A DNA stretch of 64,000 nucleotides. Source: a virus. Numbering within the stretch: the first letter of the stretch is position 1; each line of letters begins with the position of its first letter. This document shows, piece after piece, positions 9,380-17,852 of this stretch. The notes under the pieces are model-generated. The model saw only the letters and a list, made by a program, of their open reading frames with translations. It searched no databases and was not told where the DNA came from. The stretch spans positions 1 through 64,000 of the IMG/VR virus record IMGVR_UViG_3300046747_000566. One strand, 5' to 3'. Made by a program: the position numbers and the translations under genes.

Positions 9380-10225
9380 ATGAACAGTCTATACCTTTTT
9401 CCCCCAGATGACAATACCCCAATGAAAACCTGTAAAGGTATTTGTGGGCGTACTCTTCCTGCAACTCCTGAGTATTTTTACAAGCACCCACAATGTAAAG
9501 ACGGATTAATGGGAAAATGCAAGAAATGTCGTGATATCCCAAACGTGGTTCCAGTTGCTCCAGATGGGCATAAAATATGTAAAGGCCCGTGTGGGCGTAC
9601 ACTGCCTGCCACTCTCGAATTTTGGTATCACAAAGATAGAGGCAAATATGGCCTGAATTCACACTGCAAGGAATGTATAGCGGAAGAATGGAAGTGGAGT
9701 GATCGGCATCCTGACACAAAGAAACGCATGATAGCGAAGCAAAAAGAATATCAAGCACGCCCTGAAGCAAGAAACAAAAAACGTGCCCATGATAAGTTGT
9801 ATCACGCACGGCCTGAAATAAAAAAGCATAAACAAGAATATTCTAAAGAGTATCGATCTCTTCCAGAGACAAAAGAGCACGGAAAAGAGTACCGGAGACG
9901 TCCTGAGATAAAAGAGTATAATAGAATACAGCGACACAAACGGCGTGCCCTTCAAGGATCTATCGGAGGGACTCACACGCCTGAGCAGATACAGGACCAG
10001 TTAAAAAGACAGAAGCATAAGTGTTATTATTGCCGCAAGAGATTTGAAAAGAAAGATAGCAGGTACATTTATCACATTGAGCACACTTTCCCCCTTTCTC
10101 GTGTTGCAGGTACCGACATTCCCGCCAATAGCATGGGCTACTTGGTGCTAGCATGTCCTTCATGTAACAGCAGCAAAGGCAACAAGTTCCCCTGGGAATG
10201 GCCTGAAGGTGGTAGATTGTGCTGA
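9380..10225 (+). CDS. HNH endonuclease with N-terminal CxxC...CxxC modules
   Basis: Modules CKGICGRTLPATPEYF...CKKC and CKGPCGRTLPATLEFW...CKEC. HNH core YHIEHTFPLS...LACPSCNSSKGNK. Confidence 0.8.
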   Translation: MNSLYLFPPDDNTPMKTCKGICGRTLPATPEYFYKHPQCKDGLMGKCKKCRDIPNVVPVAPDGHKICKGPCGRTLPATLEFWYHKDRGKYGLNSHCKECIAEEWKWSDRHPDTKKRMIAKQKEYQARPEARNKKRAHDKLYHARPEIKKHKQEYSKEYRSLPETKEHGKEYRRRPEIKEYNRIQRHKRRALQGSIGGTHTPEQIQDQLKRQKHKCYYCRKRFEKKDSRYIYHIEHTFPLSRVAGTDIPANSMGYLVLACPSCNSSKGNKFPWEWPEGGRLC

Positions 10226-10306
10226 GTAGTTACACTGCTGATGAAGTGTAATTAGAGTTCCATAGCGTGCCACACTGTACACGACAAGCGCGGTGTGGCA
10301 CAATAG

Positions 10307-10519
10307 GTGATAGTGAGTACACGAAAGGATGAGATGAGAAACGAAGAACAATACAGAGAAGAGCTCGAAAAGCTTGTGAGAGACTGGCAAGAATTTGCAG
10401 AAAGCATTCTTGTTTTGCAGGACTTGCCACAAGAGCATCAGCACCCATGGATGCTGCGAAAGCGCAAAGCACACCTTGACCAGCGGACGAGCGATGTTCT
10501 AGCAGAGCAGCCAAAATAG
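10307..10519 (+). CDS. hypothetical protein
   Basis: ORF track. Confidence 0.3.
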   Translation: MIVSTRKDEMRNEEQYREELEKLVRDWQEFAESILVLQDLPQEHQHPWMLRKRKAHLDQRTSDVLAEQPK

Positions 10520-10619
10520 CCCTAGCATCCACTGAGCAGCGCAAGAGAGCCGCTGTCATTGCAGAGACGGCCAAAGACTAGCTCAGCAGACAATGCCACC
10601 ACAGCGGCTCTCTCAGAGA

Positions 10620-11069
10620 TCAGTAACCCAGCAACTGCATAATTTCCTTCGCCTTGCTTGGCTTTACAAAGCTAGCCACCACGCGCTCACCGCCTTGACC
10701 GTGAAACATAAGCGTTGCGGCACCCCCAAATCCAAAGAGCGACACAGCTACCAGCCTGTAATCCACACCAGTGAGAGCAGCTCTTGACATCGACTGCTCT
10801 CGACCCCAACGGCCTATCTTGATTTGATAATCGGTGATGGTAAGAAAGCCCTGCTTGCAGCGTACCTTGATCAGCTCTCTCGGTGGCTGTTGCGGTCCAG
10901 GCGGCGGATAGCCTGGATGTTGTTGATAGGGTCCTTGCCCAGGTTGCTGAGGAGGCAAATACTGCTGTCCAAGTGGCTGATAGGGCTGTTGAGGCCCATT
11001 CGGATATTGGTTCACGATAAACCTTTCTTTTGCGCAAAGATAGTAGGTGTGCATCTTACAAATAGGCAC
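10620..11069 (-). CDS. P/Q-rich protein with C-terminal PH-like domain (start uncertain, possibly GTG near 11015)
   Basis: QYPNGPQQPYQPLGQQYLPPQQPG... then FLTITDYQIKIGRWGREQSMSRAALTGV. Confidence 0.35.
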   Translation of the reverse strand: MPICKMHTYYLCAKERFIVNQYPNGPQQPYQPLGQQYLPPQQPGQGPYQQHPGYPPPGPQQPPRELIKVRCKQGFLTITDYQIKIGRWGREQSMSRAALTGVDYRLVAVSLFGFGGAATLMFHGQGGERVVASFVKPSKAKEIMQLLGY

Positions 11070-11214
11070 ATGTTGATTAACGAGCGGAAGATGGCAAGGA
11101 TAACAATTAGCACAGAGGTTCGATAAAGAACACTTGTGCCATTGACACGCATTGATACACTGTTGTACTTTCTAAGGCAAGATATTATCCAAGTACGAAA
11201 GTGGTGTTTCGCGT

Positions 11215-11550
11215 ATGCCATGGCAAAAACAGCGTTATCCTGATGATTGGGATGAACGCGCAAGAGCACGCAAAGAGCTAGCGGGCTGGCGATGTGAGCA
11301 GTGTGGCGCAAAACAAGGCGAGGTGCTCATTGGGAAGATCCACAAGCGCCCATATGTTGTCTGGCTAGCCGCAGCACATCTCGACCATGATCCAGAGAAC
11401 CCCAATGCACGCCTTGCCGTCTTCTGCCAAGGCTGTCACCTCAAGTATGACGGATACCTACACTCCTCCAATGCACGCAGAAAACGATATCAAAGAGAAC
11501 GAGAGAACATGCTGCTCGCTGGACAGTTGCAGATGTTTGAGAACGAATAG
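11215..11550 (+). CDS. small HNH endonuclease
   Basis: CEQCG ... AAHLDHDPENPN ... FCQGCHLKYD. Confidence 0.75.
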   Translation: MPWQKQRYPDDWDERARARKELAGWRCEQCGAKQGEVLIGKIHKRPYVVWLAAAHLDHDPENPNARLAVFCQGCHLKYDGYLHSSNARRKRYQRERENMLLAGQLQMFENE

Positions 11551-11683
11551 TGGATAGCTGAGCATCGCCTAGCGCGTCCCTGTGGCGCTTTAGAGAGCCT
11601 CGCCAGTGCTGGCCACGTCGCAATGACAAGGCCGTCTGGTGAGGCTCTCAGCGTGATTTAGAAGCGTTCGAAAAGACCGAACG

Positions 11684-12226
11684 TTATTCCTCTGATTTTC
11701 TCTCTCCGCTAAATTCGAACGTCTTTAGCGCGTCTGGTAGAAAGGTATCCAGCACCTCCCGAATGAGCCTAGAAGCTGATAGTTTCGTCCCAGTGGCTTG
11801 CTCATAGAGGTCGCAAAGCTGCTGAATGTCGTCTTTCTGATCACTATAGATCTCAAAACTATACCGCTCCGTAGCACGCTTATCAACTTCTAAAATAGCC
11901 TGCACATCCTTACTGCTAAACACCTTTGGTTTCCTCCTAGAAGTCGAACGGTTTGGGCGCTCGACTTTGTTGCTTGATTTGGTAGATCGCTTTTCCTTTT
12001 CGGTAGATTTACTCGGCTCGTCCGATGCTTGTACCGAACTACTTTCTATGGCGGCGGTAGCACTCGGCTCTTCTTCTCTCTTTTTATCATCGGGTTTATC
12101 AGCCTCTTCTACCGATGAAGATAAAGCTTCGGATGCCTCCTTCAGAATATCGATCGATTGTATCCCTTTGCGTAGCTCAGTAGGGGACTTTTTGCCGAGC
12201 AGATCCTTCAAATCTTTTTTAGCCAT
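11684..12226 (-). CDS. ParB-like partition adaptor (by position; acidic N-region, structured C-domain)
   Basis: Its start overlaps the parA stop. No family motif recognised. Confidence 0.35.
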   Translation of the reverse strand: MAKKDLKDLLGKKSPTELRKGIQSIDILKEASEALSSSVEEADKPDDKKREEEPSATAAIESSSVQASDEPSKSTEKEKRSTKSSNKVERPNRSTSRRKPKVFSSKDVQAILEVDKRATERYSFEIYSDQKDDIQQLCDLYEQATGTKLSASRLIREVLDTFLPDALKTFEFSGERKSEE

Positions 12227-12986
12227 GATCGCTCTCCAGTCTGTCTATGATGATATCGACCAGCCCCATGTACTCCTTTGCGCCCGCGTGATTTGGAGCG
12301 GAAATAACGAGCGGTTTTCCCTCCAATGTGCTATTCACAAACTGGACAGAAAGTCTAATTTCAACAGGTAAAACAAGGCCTGGATAATCCTCTTTTGTCT
12401 TGTCCAGAACGCCGCGTGCAATCGTTGTACCCTGTACCATACACGGCACAATTCCGAGCACTGACAGGCCTGGGTTAAGCCCGTTTTTGACCTTTGAAAT
12501 ATCATCCATAATTCTGGCCACACCTTCCATTGCGAGGTAGTGTGCCTGTAATGGAATAACTACATAGTCAGAGGCTACCAGAGCGCTAAGAGAGAGGTAT
12601 CCGTGCCCTGGCTGGGTATCTATCACGATATAATCATTGTCCGTTTTAAGGTCCTCTACAATCGGTTTTAGCTGACCTATAGATCGGGCAGTCATACCAG
12701 CCGCCACTTGCTCGAGTTCCTGCGATGCTGGGATGACAGATAGTCCGTACTCAGTCTGCTGAACAACGTCCTGCGTCGAAAGTGAGACATTGGTAAAGAG
12801 ATCGGCTATTGAGTATTTCAAATCGAACGGATTGATGCCCAAGCACATACTCCCGTTCGCTTGGTCGTCCAGATCTACAAATGCAGTTTTCTTCCCGCGT
12901 AGTTGCAGGCCAGCCGCTATGTTTGTGGAAGTGGTTGTTTTGCCGCTCCCACCTTTGCGCAGAGCAACACAAATCGTTTTTGCCAT
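12219..12986 (-). CDS. parA: ParA/Soj-type partition ATPase (small, type Ib-like)
   Basis: Deviant Walker A in MAKTICVALRKGGSGKTTTS; later IVIDTQPG. GGAGG RBS before this ATG (the ORF-track start 13028 is probably too long). Confidence 0.85.
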   Translation of the reverse strand: MAKTICVALRKGGSGKTTTSTNIAAGLQLRGKKTAFVDLDDQANGSMCLGINPFDLKYSIADLFTNVSLSTQDVVQQTEYGLSVIPASQELEQVAAGMTARSIGQLKPIVEDLKTDNDYIVIDTQPGHGYLSLSALVASDYVVIPLQAHYLAMEGVARIMDDISKVKNGLNPGLSVLGIVPCMVQGTTIARGVLDKTKEDYPGLVLPVEIRLSVQFVNSTLEGKPLVISAPNHAGAKEYMGLVDIIIDRLESDHG

Positions 12987-13054
12987 TCGGAATGGTCCTC
13001 CTGAAAATAGAATGATCCAGTATAGCATTACTTCCGAACGGGAAAAACGAACGC

Positions 13055-13090
13055 AAAAAAGTCGCGAGATTGTGGGTCTCGCGACTTTTT
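13055..13090. terminator. bidirectional intrinsic terminator
   Basis: A-run, GTCGCGAGA, TTGTGGG loop, TCTCGCGAC, T-run. Confidence 0.6.
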
Positions 13091-13102
13091 GAAGGATTGC
13101 TT

Positions 13103-13339
13103 TTAGAGCACTGAATATTTTTTCGCATAAAACATTTTTAATACCAACTTTGCAGAAATGCTATTGTCCTTCTCTATCTCCGCAATCGCTGATTTTTGCT
13201 GATCAGGAGGTAACAGCATGATCTTTTCCGCTGTTACCTCTACGAGAGCCAGCACTTCTATCTCGTCCTGCGATGGCATAGCATCCTCTGGTGCTGGTGT
13301 TTGGCCAAAGCCACGTCGGTAAATAACTCGCTTTTCCAT
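13103..13339 (-). CDS. hypothetical protein
   Basis: ORF track, trimmed to MEKRVIY, which has an AAAGGA RBS. Confidence 0.35.
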   Translation of the reverse strand: MEKRVIYRRGFGQTPAPEDAMPSQDEIEVLALVEVTAEKIMLLPPDQQKSAIAEIEKDNSISAKLVLKMFYAKKYSVL

Positions 13340-13352
13340 GAAAATCCTTTCT

Positions 13353-13790
13353 TTACTGAAGCGCGGCTTGTATGGCCTCACGCTCTGCCTCTAAATCTTT
13401 GCTATTTGGCCCGCTTGCACGCATCCGATACTTCGCAAGCGTGATAGCCTCGATTTGCTGTTGAGAGAGGCCAGAGCGCTCTAGCTCATTCTGGACCTGA
13501 GAAAGATATACACGCTGTCCCTGAGCCGCCAAGCAACAAGCGTAGTAGACAACGTCAGGCCATTCCTCTTCAGGATGAGCCGATTCTTGTAGTTCTTGGC
13601 ACTCTTTCTTATATTTGTCCTTAAGCCCGATTTTACGGCCAATCGTCTCTACTTCTTGTAATTTGCGCTCACCACGCTGATGGAACGCAATTTGCAAGGC
13701 AAGTTCCACTATTTCAGATAAGAATGATGCTGAAAAGCTATATTGCATAAATCCTCGAAAAATGGGCATTGCTGCCCCGCTAAAGCACAC
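13353..13790 (-). CDS. possible MazG-like nucleotide pyrophosphohydrolase (start uncertain)
   Basis: ExxE (SEIVE) and ExxD (EWPD) spaced as in MazG-type all-alpha NTP-PPases. Weak call. Confidence 0.3.
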   Translation of the reverse strand: MCFSGAAMPIFRGFMQYSFSASFLSEIVELALQIAFHQRGERKLQEVETIGRKIGLKDKYKKECQELQESAHPEEEWPDVVYYACCLAAQGQRVYLSQVQNELERSGLSQQQIEAITLAKYRMRASGPNSKDLEAEREAIQAALQ

Positions 13791-13791
13791 A

Positions 13792-14022
13792 CTACATCAT
13801 ATCGGGACACGTGCCCCAAACATTGACATCAGCATTTCTATGGAGATGTCCTTCATTGCAGTAGATGGCTCCATCAGGGTCCTCGTTCTGCATTTGTTCC
13901 TTGAACATATCTAGTGCATTATGCATCTTATGACAATCTTCTGCATTTGGAATATGTCCGGTTTGTTTCGCCATGCTTAGTATCAGATTGCCAAGATTTG
14001 TGTGATCTTCACGGTTTGCCAT
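13792..14022 (-). CDS. hypothetical protein
   Basis: ORF track. Confidence 0.35.
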   Translation of the reverse strand: MANREDHTNLGNLILSMAKQTGHIPNAEDCHKMHNALDMFKEQMQNEDPDGAIYCNEGHLHRNADVNVWGTCPDMM

Positions 14023-14114
14023 TGTGTATGCCTCTTTCTTTTATGCTACTTTTCGACCCATTTGGCCGCTTCTGCTCACACCGCAATCGATATGAGCAGA
14101 GCCGGAAAACGAGA

Positions 14115-14342
14115 CTACCAGTTATACTTACCATATATGCGGATGATTTTTCCATTCATTAAATCATCCAAATTCACATCATTAATTTTATAATCATAAT
14201 AACCTTCTTCCTCACTCTCGCTCTCCTTGACTTTTGCAAGGGCTTCTTCTTGATTTTGAGCATATATCAACTCACATGCGTCAAAATCTCTTTTGCTTTC
14301 GTAACCTGTAGTATACTTGATTGATACTGCAAATATTTTCAT
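14115..14342 (-). CDS. hypothetical protein
   Basis: ORF track 14115..14522, trimmed to MKIFAVSIKY. Confidence 0.35.
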   Translation of the reverse strand: MKIFAVSIKYTTGYESKRDFDACELIYAQNQEEALAKVKESESEEEGYYDYKINDVNLDDLMNGKIIRIYGKYNW

Positions 14343-14430
14343 TTGCTTGTTCCTTTCACTGTTAAATTTCGAGCCTCTTCGACTCATCCCAGAACGCCGC
14401 GATTGCGACGCGCTGGATGAATTGAGAGAA

Positions 14431-14712
14431 CTACTGCTTATTCGCTGCTCTCTGCTTACAGCTCTCACATGGAGGATTGAAATCGCACTCGATCTCTTCC
14501 TCACCATTTTCGATGATGTCATCTGCTTCTATTGCAGCCAATATGTCAGATGTCCATTCTCCATCTACAAATTTTTGAATGGAAATATTTCCTGCGAAAG
14601 AGGGATTCTCTTGCGCGAGATTCACTACTCCTCTGATTGCGCGATCTCTTTTATGGATTTCATCAGAATGCAGACGGATGATGCAATTTACAATAATACG
14701 GTATTTTTCCAT
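14431..14712 (-). CDS. hypothetical protein
   Basis: ORF track, trimmed to MEKYRIIV. Confidence 0.35.
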   Translation of the reverse strand: MEKYRIIVNCIIRLHSDEIHKRDRAIRGVVNLAQENPSFAGNISIQKFVDGEWTSDILAAIEADDIIENGEEEIECDFNPPCESCKQRAANKQ

Positions 14713-14797
14713 TTTTAATGTTCCTTTCTTACTGTTCAAGCCTCAAATTGGCTCGATGCTGCCGAGTACCGCGAAGCAATCGGCAGGGACGAGACAA

Positions 14798-15136
14798 CTA
14801 ATCGATCATCCACAGGCTGAAATTGAACACTGCACTATCAACCGTCTCCTGAGAATGCACTTCACCCTCTGCGAGACGAGGTAGGCGTGCCTGAAAGACC
14901 AGGACTTGATCTCCAGACACTAAAGATATCTGAGGTGCCTTATCGGGTACAGGGAGATCGATCCCGAATTTTCGGTTAAGAGCGTCAAACGTGCTAGCAT
15001 GCGTTGGATTGGCCGCGCTTACTACGCTATTGGACTTTAAAAAATCCCTTGCTGCTTTTGCTGTGACGGACCTCTTTCTAAAAGTCCCTTCAGGGAACAT
15101 CGTGTCAGATACTGCTAAACTAATGAATGTCGTCAT
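14798..15136 (-). CDS. DUF1874 / STIV B116-like protein
   Basis: FISLAVSDTMFPEG ... VVSAANPTHASTFDALNRKFGIDLPVPDKAPQISLVSGDQVLVFQARLPRLAEGE ... FNFSLWMI matches my memory of the B116-like pattern. Confidence 0.5.
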   Translation of the reverse strand: MTTFISLAVSDTMFPEGTFRKRSVTAKAARDFLKSNSVVSAANPTHASTFDALNRKFGIDLPVPDKAPQISLVSGDQVLVFQARLPRLAEGEVHSQETVDSAVFNFSLWMID

Positions 15137-15201
15137 TTTGTTTGACCTTTCTGCTGATTTTGCTATTTCTTCGAGAGCCCGTTGCTCTCTTCACTGTCCT
15201 T

Positions 15202-15230
15202 AGTATACTCCAAACGTTTGGAGTAGTCAA
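15202..15230 (-). promoter_or_regulatory. promoter with 16-bp perfect palindrome in the spacer (copy 1)
   Basis: Minus strand reads TTGACT-a-CTCCAAACGTTTGGAG-TATACT (17-nt spacer). Confidence 0.6.
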
Positions 15231-16198
15231 GGCTTTTTAGAGGTAATTTTCGCTTTCCTGTTATCTCGTTTTTGCTTGTTTTGCAGATATTTGAGATACC
15301 AAGCATTGAAGTCCCCTTGCTTGATTTTATACATGGTCCCCCACCGTGTTTTTGAAGCTGGGAGCCCCCATTTTTTGTCTGACTTGCCGTAATCCCGTAT
15401 AGCATTATTAATCACGGTATGCTCTATGCCATACTCATTAGCAAGCTCAGAAACAGATCGCTCAAAATCATCAGCGTACTTGAAAGACTCTTCCCCATAC
15501 ATAACGTATCCCCTTGCAAGGGGGATATAGAGCTGATCTCTAACGAGTAGCTCATAATGACCGCTATTGCCAGCTTGACGAGCCGCTATAACGGCTTGTT
15601 CACCTGCAAGCTGCTTCTGACTTTGCAGATGATGAGCGCGCCGTATGAACTGCTCAGTGGCTTCTGAGGCATAGGGAACTGACATGTCCCCTTTCTGGAT
15701 TGCATCGATGAGATTGTGATAGTCCTCATCAGGACTCTTATAATCAGGATGCCCATCAGGATTATCTAGAGCCTCAAAGAGCGCCGCTTTCTCCTCCTCT
15801 GCCCACTGGGAGGGATCGCGTGAAACTGTGTACTCAGAGACAATCTCATCTAGCAGATCCTCGTATGACTGTATGAGATCCCCATCTCGCAAGATTGCGC
15901 CATGCTCGAGCAAGAGCTTTTCAGCATCGAAGATGAAACCAAAATTAGCCTCATCAGGACTATGCCAGTAGCGTTTGCCGATGGAGAGAAACACATACTG
16001 GTCATCCCCCGCCAAACGATCAAGCGCAAATTGGCGGCTGTGCTCTTGTTTCTGAGCAGGACGAAGAGCGCCGGAATGAATAATAGCTACATGTTTGTCA
16101 CGTAGCTCATGGATAATTCTGGACTGATGATGAGCATCAGCAATTCGCGCGACATCAGCAACGCTATTGGGTCCGATGATGTGGTAAGCTTTTAACAT
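15227..16198 (-). CDS. hypothetical 323-aa protein with C-terminal HTH-like tail
   Basis: ORF track. No family recognised. Confidence 0.45.
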   Translation of the reverse strand: MLKAYHIIGPNSVADVARIADAHHQSRIIHELRDKHVAIIHSGALRPAQKQEHSRQFALDRLAGDDQYVFLSIGKRYWHSPDEANFGFIFDAEKLLLEHGAILRDGDLIQSYEDLLDEIVSEYTVSRDPSQWAEEEKAALFEALDNPDGHPDYKSPDEDYHNLIDAIQKGDMSVPYASEATEQFIRRAHHLQSQKQLAGEQAVIAARQAGNSGHYELLVRDQLYIPLARGYVMYGEESFKYADDFERSVSELANEYGIEHTVINNAIRDYGKSDKKWGLPASKTRWGTMYKIKQGDFNAWYLKYLQNKQKRDNRKAKITSKKP

Positions 16199-16243
16199 AG
16201 CAAAAATCGGATGAGAGAACCCTCATCCGCCTTTCTTTCTTGA

Positions 16244-16798
16244 TTAGAAACCTTCTGTCCTTGCAGCTTTAGCAGCAGCTTTCTTTGCTGCAAGGACATC
16301 TTTGACAAGTCGAACGCGGCCCTTAAAGTCTGTATCGCGCTTTCCGCATTTGAACTGCATGTCAGTGACCTCTTGCGTACTATCGACTTCGTAGACGTTG
16401 TGGTACCACACGCCGTCCTCACGCTTGCAGATGATTTCAAATTGCGTACCATCTTGCAGCTCCCAGATGTTCTCGCAGTAGCTTGAGTGGCGATCTCGTG
16501 GATACCACTTCGTATTGACAATGAGATTTTTAGCCTGATACATCGGCTTGCCATCCATTGCGCCGCCTACAAATTTTGCTTGTACAGATAGACGGGAGCT
16601 TGTATGCTCTTCAGATCCAGTCTCGATTAAAATCTTTGCCATTTTCTTCTCCTTCACAATGGCAGCGCACTGTATAGCAGCGGGCTTTTCTGCAATTTTT
16701 CGTATTTTTGCAGGAACCACTTTAAGTCCTGCTTTAGTTTTGCGGGTCGTGTATCCCTCTGGAATTTGAAGCTCTGCTACTATTGCGCTGATTGCCAT
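16244..16798 (-). CDS. hypothetical protein
   Basis: ORF track. AAGGAG RBS. Confidence 0.45.
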   Translation of the reverse strand: MAISAIVAELQIPEGYTTRKTKAGLKVVPAKIRKIAEKPAAIQCAAIVKEKKMAKILIETGSEEHTSSRLSVQAKFVGGAMDGKPMYQAKNLIVNTKWYPRDRHSSYCENIWELQDGTQFEIICKREDGVWYHNVYEVDSTQEVTDMQFKCGKRDTDFKGRVRLVKDVLAAKKAAAKAARTEGF

Positions 16799-16851
16799 TG
16801 TTTTGATCTCCTTGATTTTATTTCTGTAAGCTCAATCAACTTACAAAACGA

Positions 16852-16880
16852 AGTATACTCCAAACGTTTGGAGTTGTCAA
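16852..16880 (-). promoter_or_regulatory. promoter with 16-bp perfect palindrome in the spacer (copy 2)
   Basis: Minus strand reads TTGACA-a-CTCCAAACGTTTGGAG-TATACT. Confidence 0.6.
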
Positions 16881-16957
16881 GAGATAAAGCGATGGATTTT
16901 CCAAGAGGCAAAAATTGCTCTAGCAGCAGCTCTCTATGATGTTGGTACAACCGGATA

Positions 16958-16986
16958 TTGACAGGCGTAACAATACAGTGTATTAT
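16958..16986 (+). promoter_or_regulatory. divergent promoter for the HTH gene
   Basis: TTGACA, 17 nt, TATTAT. Confidence 0.5.
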
Positions 16987-17028
16987 AGATGCATAGTGTG
17001 TACAGCACAAAAAAGGAGAATATTTATC

Positions 17029-17232
17029 ATGCCAGAACAAACACAAGCCAACGAACTCATGACTGTCCGTGAGATAGCACAAGCTTTGCGTGTCGATAGT
17101 ACAACAGTTCGAAGGTGGATCAAGCACCAGACATTAGAAGCGGTCTCGTTGCCCCATGTTGGCAAGCGCCAGGCCTATCGCATCAGGCTTGCCACGCTAA
17201 ACAAGCTGCTGGAGACACCAGCAATCGCATAG
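17029..17232 (+). CDS. excisionase-family HTH DNA-binding protein
   Basis: LMTVREIAQALRVDSTTVRRWIK. AAGGAG RBS. Confidence 0.6.
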   Translation: MPEQTQANELMTVREIAQALRVDSTTVRRWIKHQTLEAVSLPHVGKRQAYRIRLATLNKLLETPAIA

Positions 17233-17250
17233 TTCCCGGCAAAGAAGACA

Positions 17251-17280
17251 GAGTCAGGCCTCACGGCTTGGCTCTTTTTT
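17251..17280 (+). terminator. intrinsic terminator
   Basis: 10-bp stem GAGUCAGGCC/GGCUUGGCUC, UCAC loop, T6. Confidence 0.6.
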
Positions 17281-17357
17281 GTTGACCGCGATGCTATAAT
17301 CTATTTAAGCGATTTACAGCAGTTTGCAATTAATGCTCTACAAGTAGGAGATATGCA

Positions 17358-17852
17358 ATGATGCAACATAAGCAACAAGAAAACACGTATGTTCCTGGAA
17401 TGTACGTGCGAGCATGGCATCGGCAAAATAGCGGACAACTGAGGAGCATAAAGAAGCCGTGGCAGCCAGTGAGGCTGGAGAGAGTAACCGATGAGATCCA
17501 CGTAGACGACATGCCAACCATGCCTATTCCCGCCATCAAGACCACGAGACGCCTCCTCGCACTGGACAATCAAGGTCGACCCTACCTCAAAAAAGCCGAT
17601 AAGGACCGAGCGCTCCTCGACTTGTGCGATGAGATGATTAGTGAATATCGCACGCTCTCTGGTGAGTTTCCTGCTGAACTTGTGCTAAGCGCTTTTCGTT
17701 ATCTCACGCTTGATCCCGTAAGCAAGAGATACGGTGGATATTGCACATCAGATGGAGGAATGTACATTCCATACACCTATGATGCAAATATAAGATTTCC
17801 AGATTATTGCATCATGGCACGTGGCATTGCTAAAGATGTATGGACTCGGTGA
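17358..17852 (+). CDS. hypothetical protein
   Basis: ORF track. Confidence 0.4.
   Translation: MMQHKQQENTYVPGMYVRAWHRQNSGQLRSIKKPWQPVRLERVTDEIHVDDMPTMPIPAIKTTRRLLALDNQGRPYLKKADKDRALLDLCDEMISEYRTLSGEFPAELVLSAFRYLTLDPVSKRYGGYCTSDGGMYIPYTYDANIRFPDYCIMARGIAKDVWTR

Noticed and set aside
9231-9809. 192-aa ORF antisense to HNH gene 1. The same pattern gives 335 aa at 19396..20403 and 428 aa at 26745..28031, antisense to HNH genes 2 and 3.
   Set aside because: The products are F/L/S/C-rich and low in complexity, with no motifs. The plus-strand partners have clear HNH/EndoVII cores, promoters and terminators. Long antisense ORFs are expected opposite K/E/R-rich (AAR/GAR) coding sequence.
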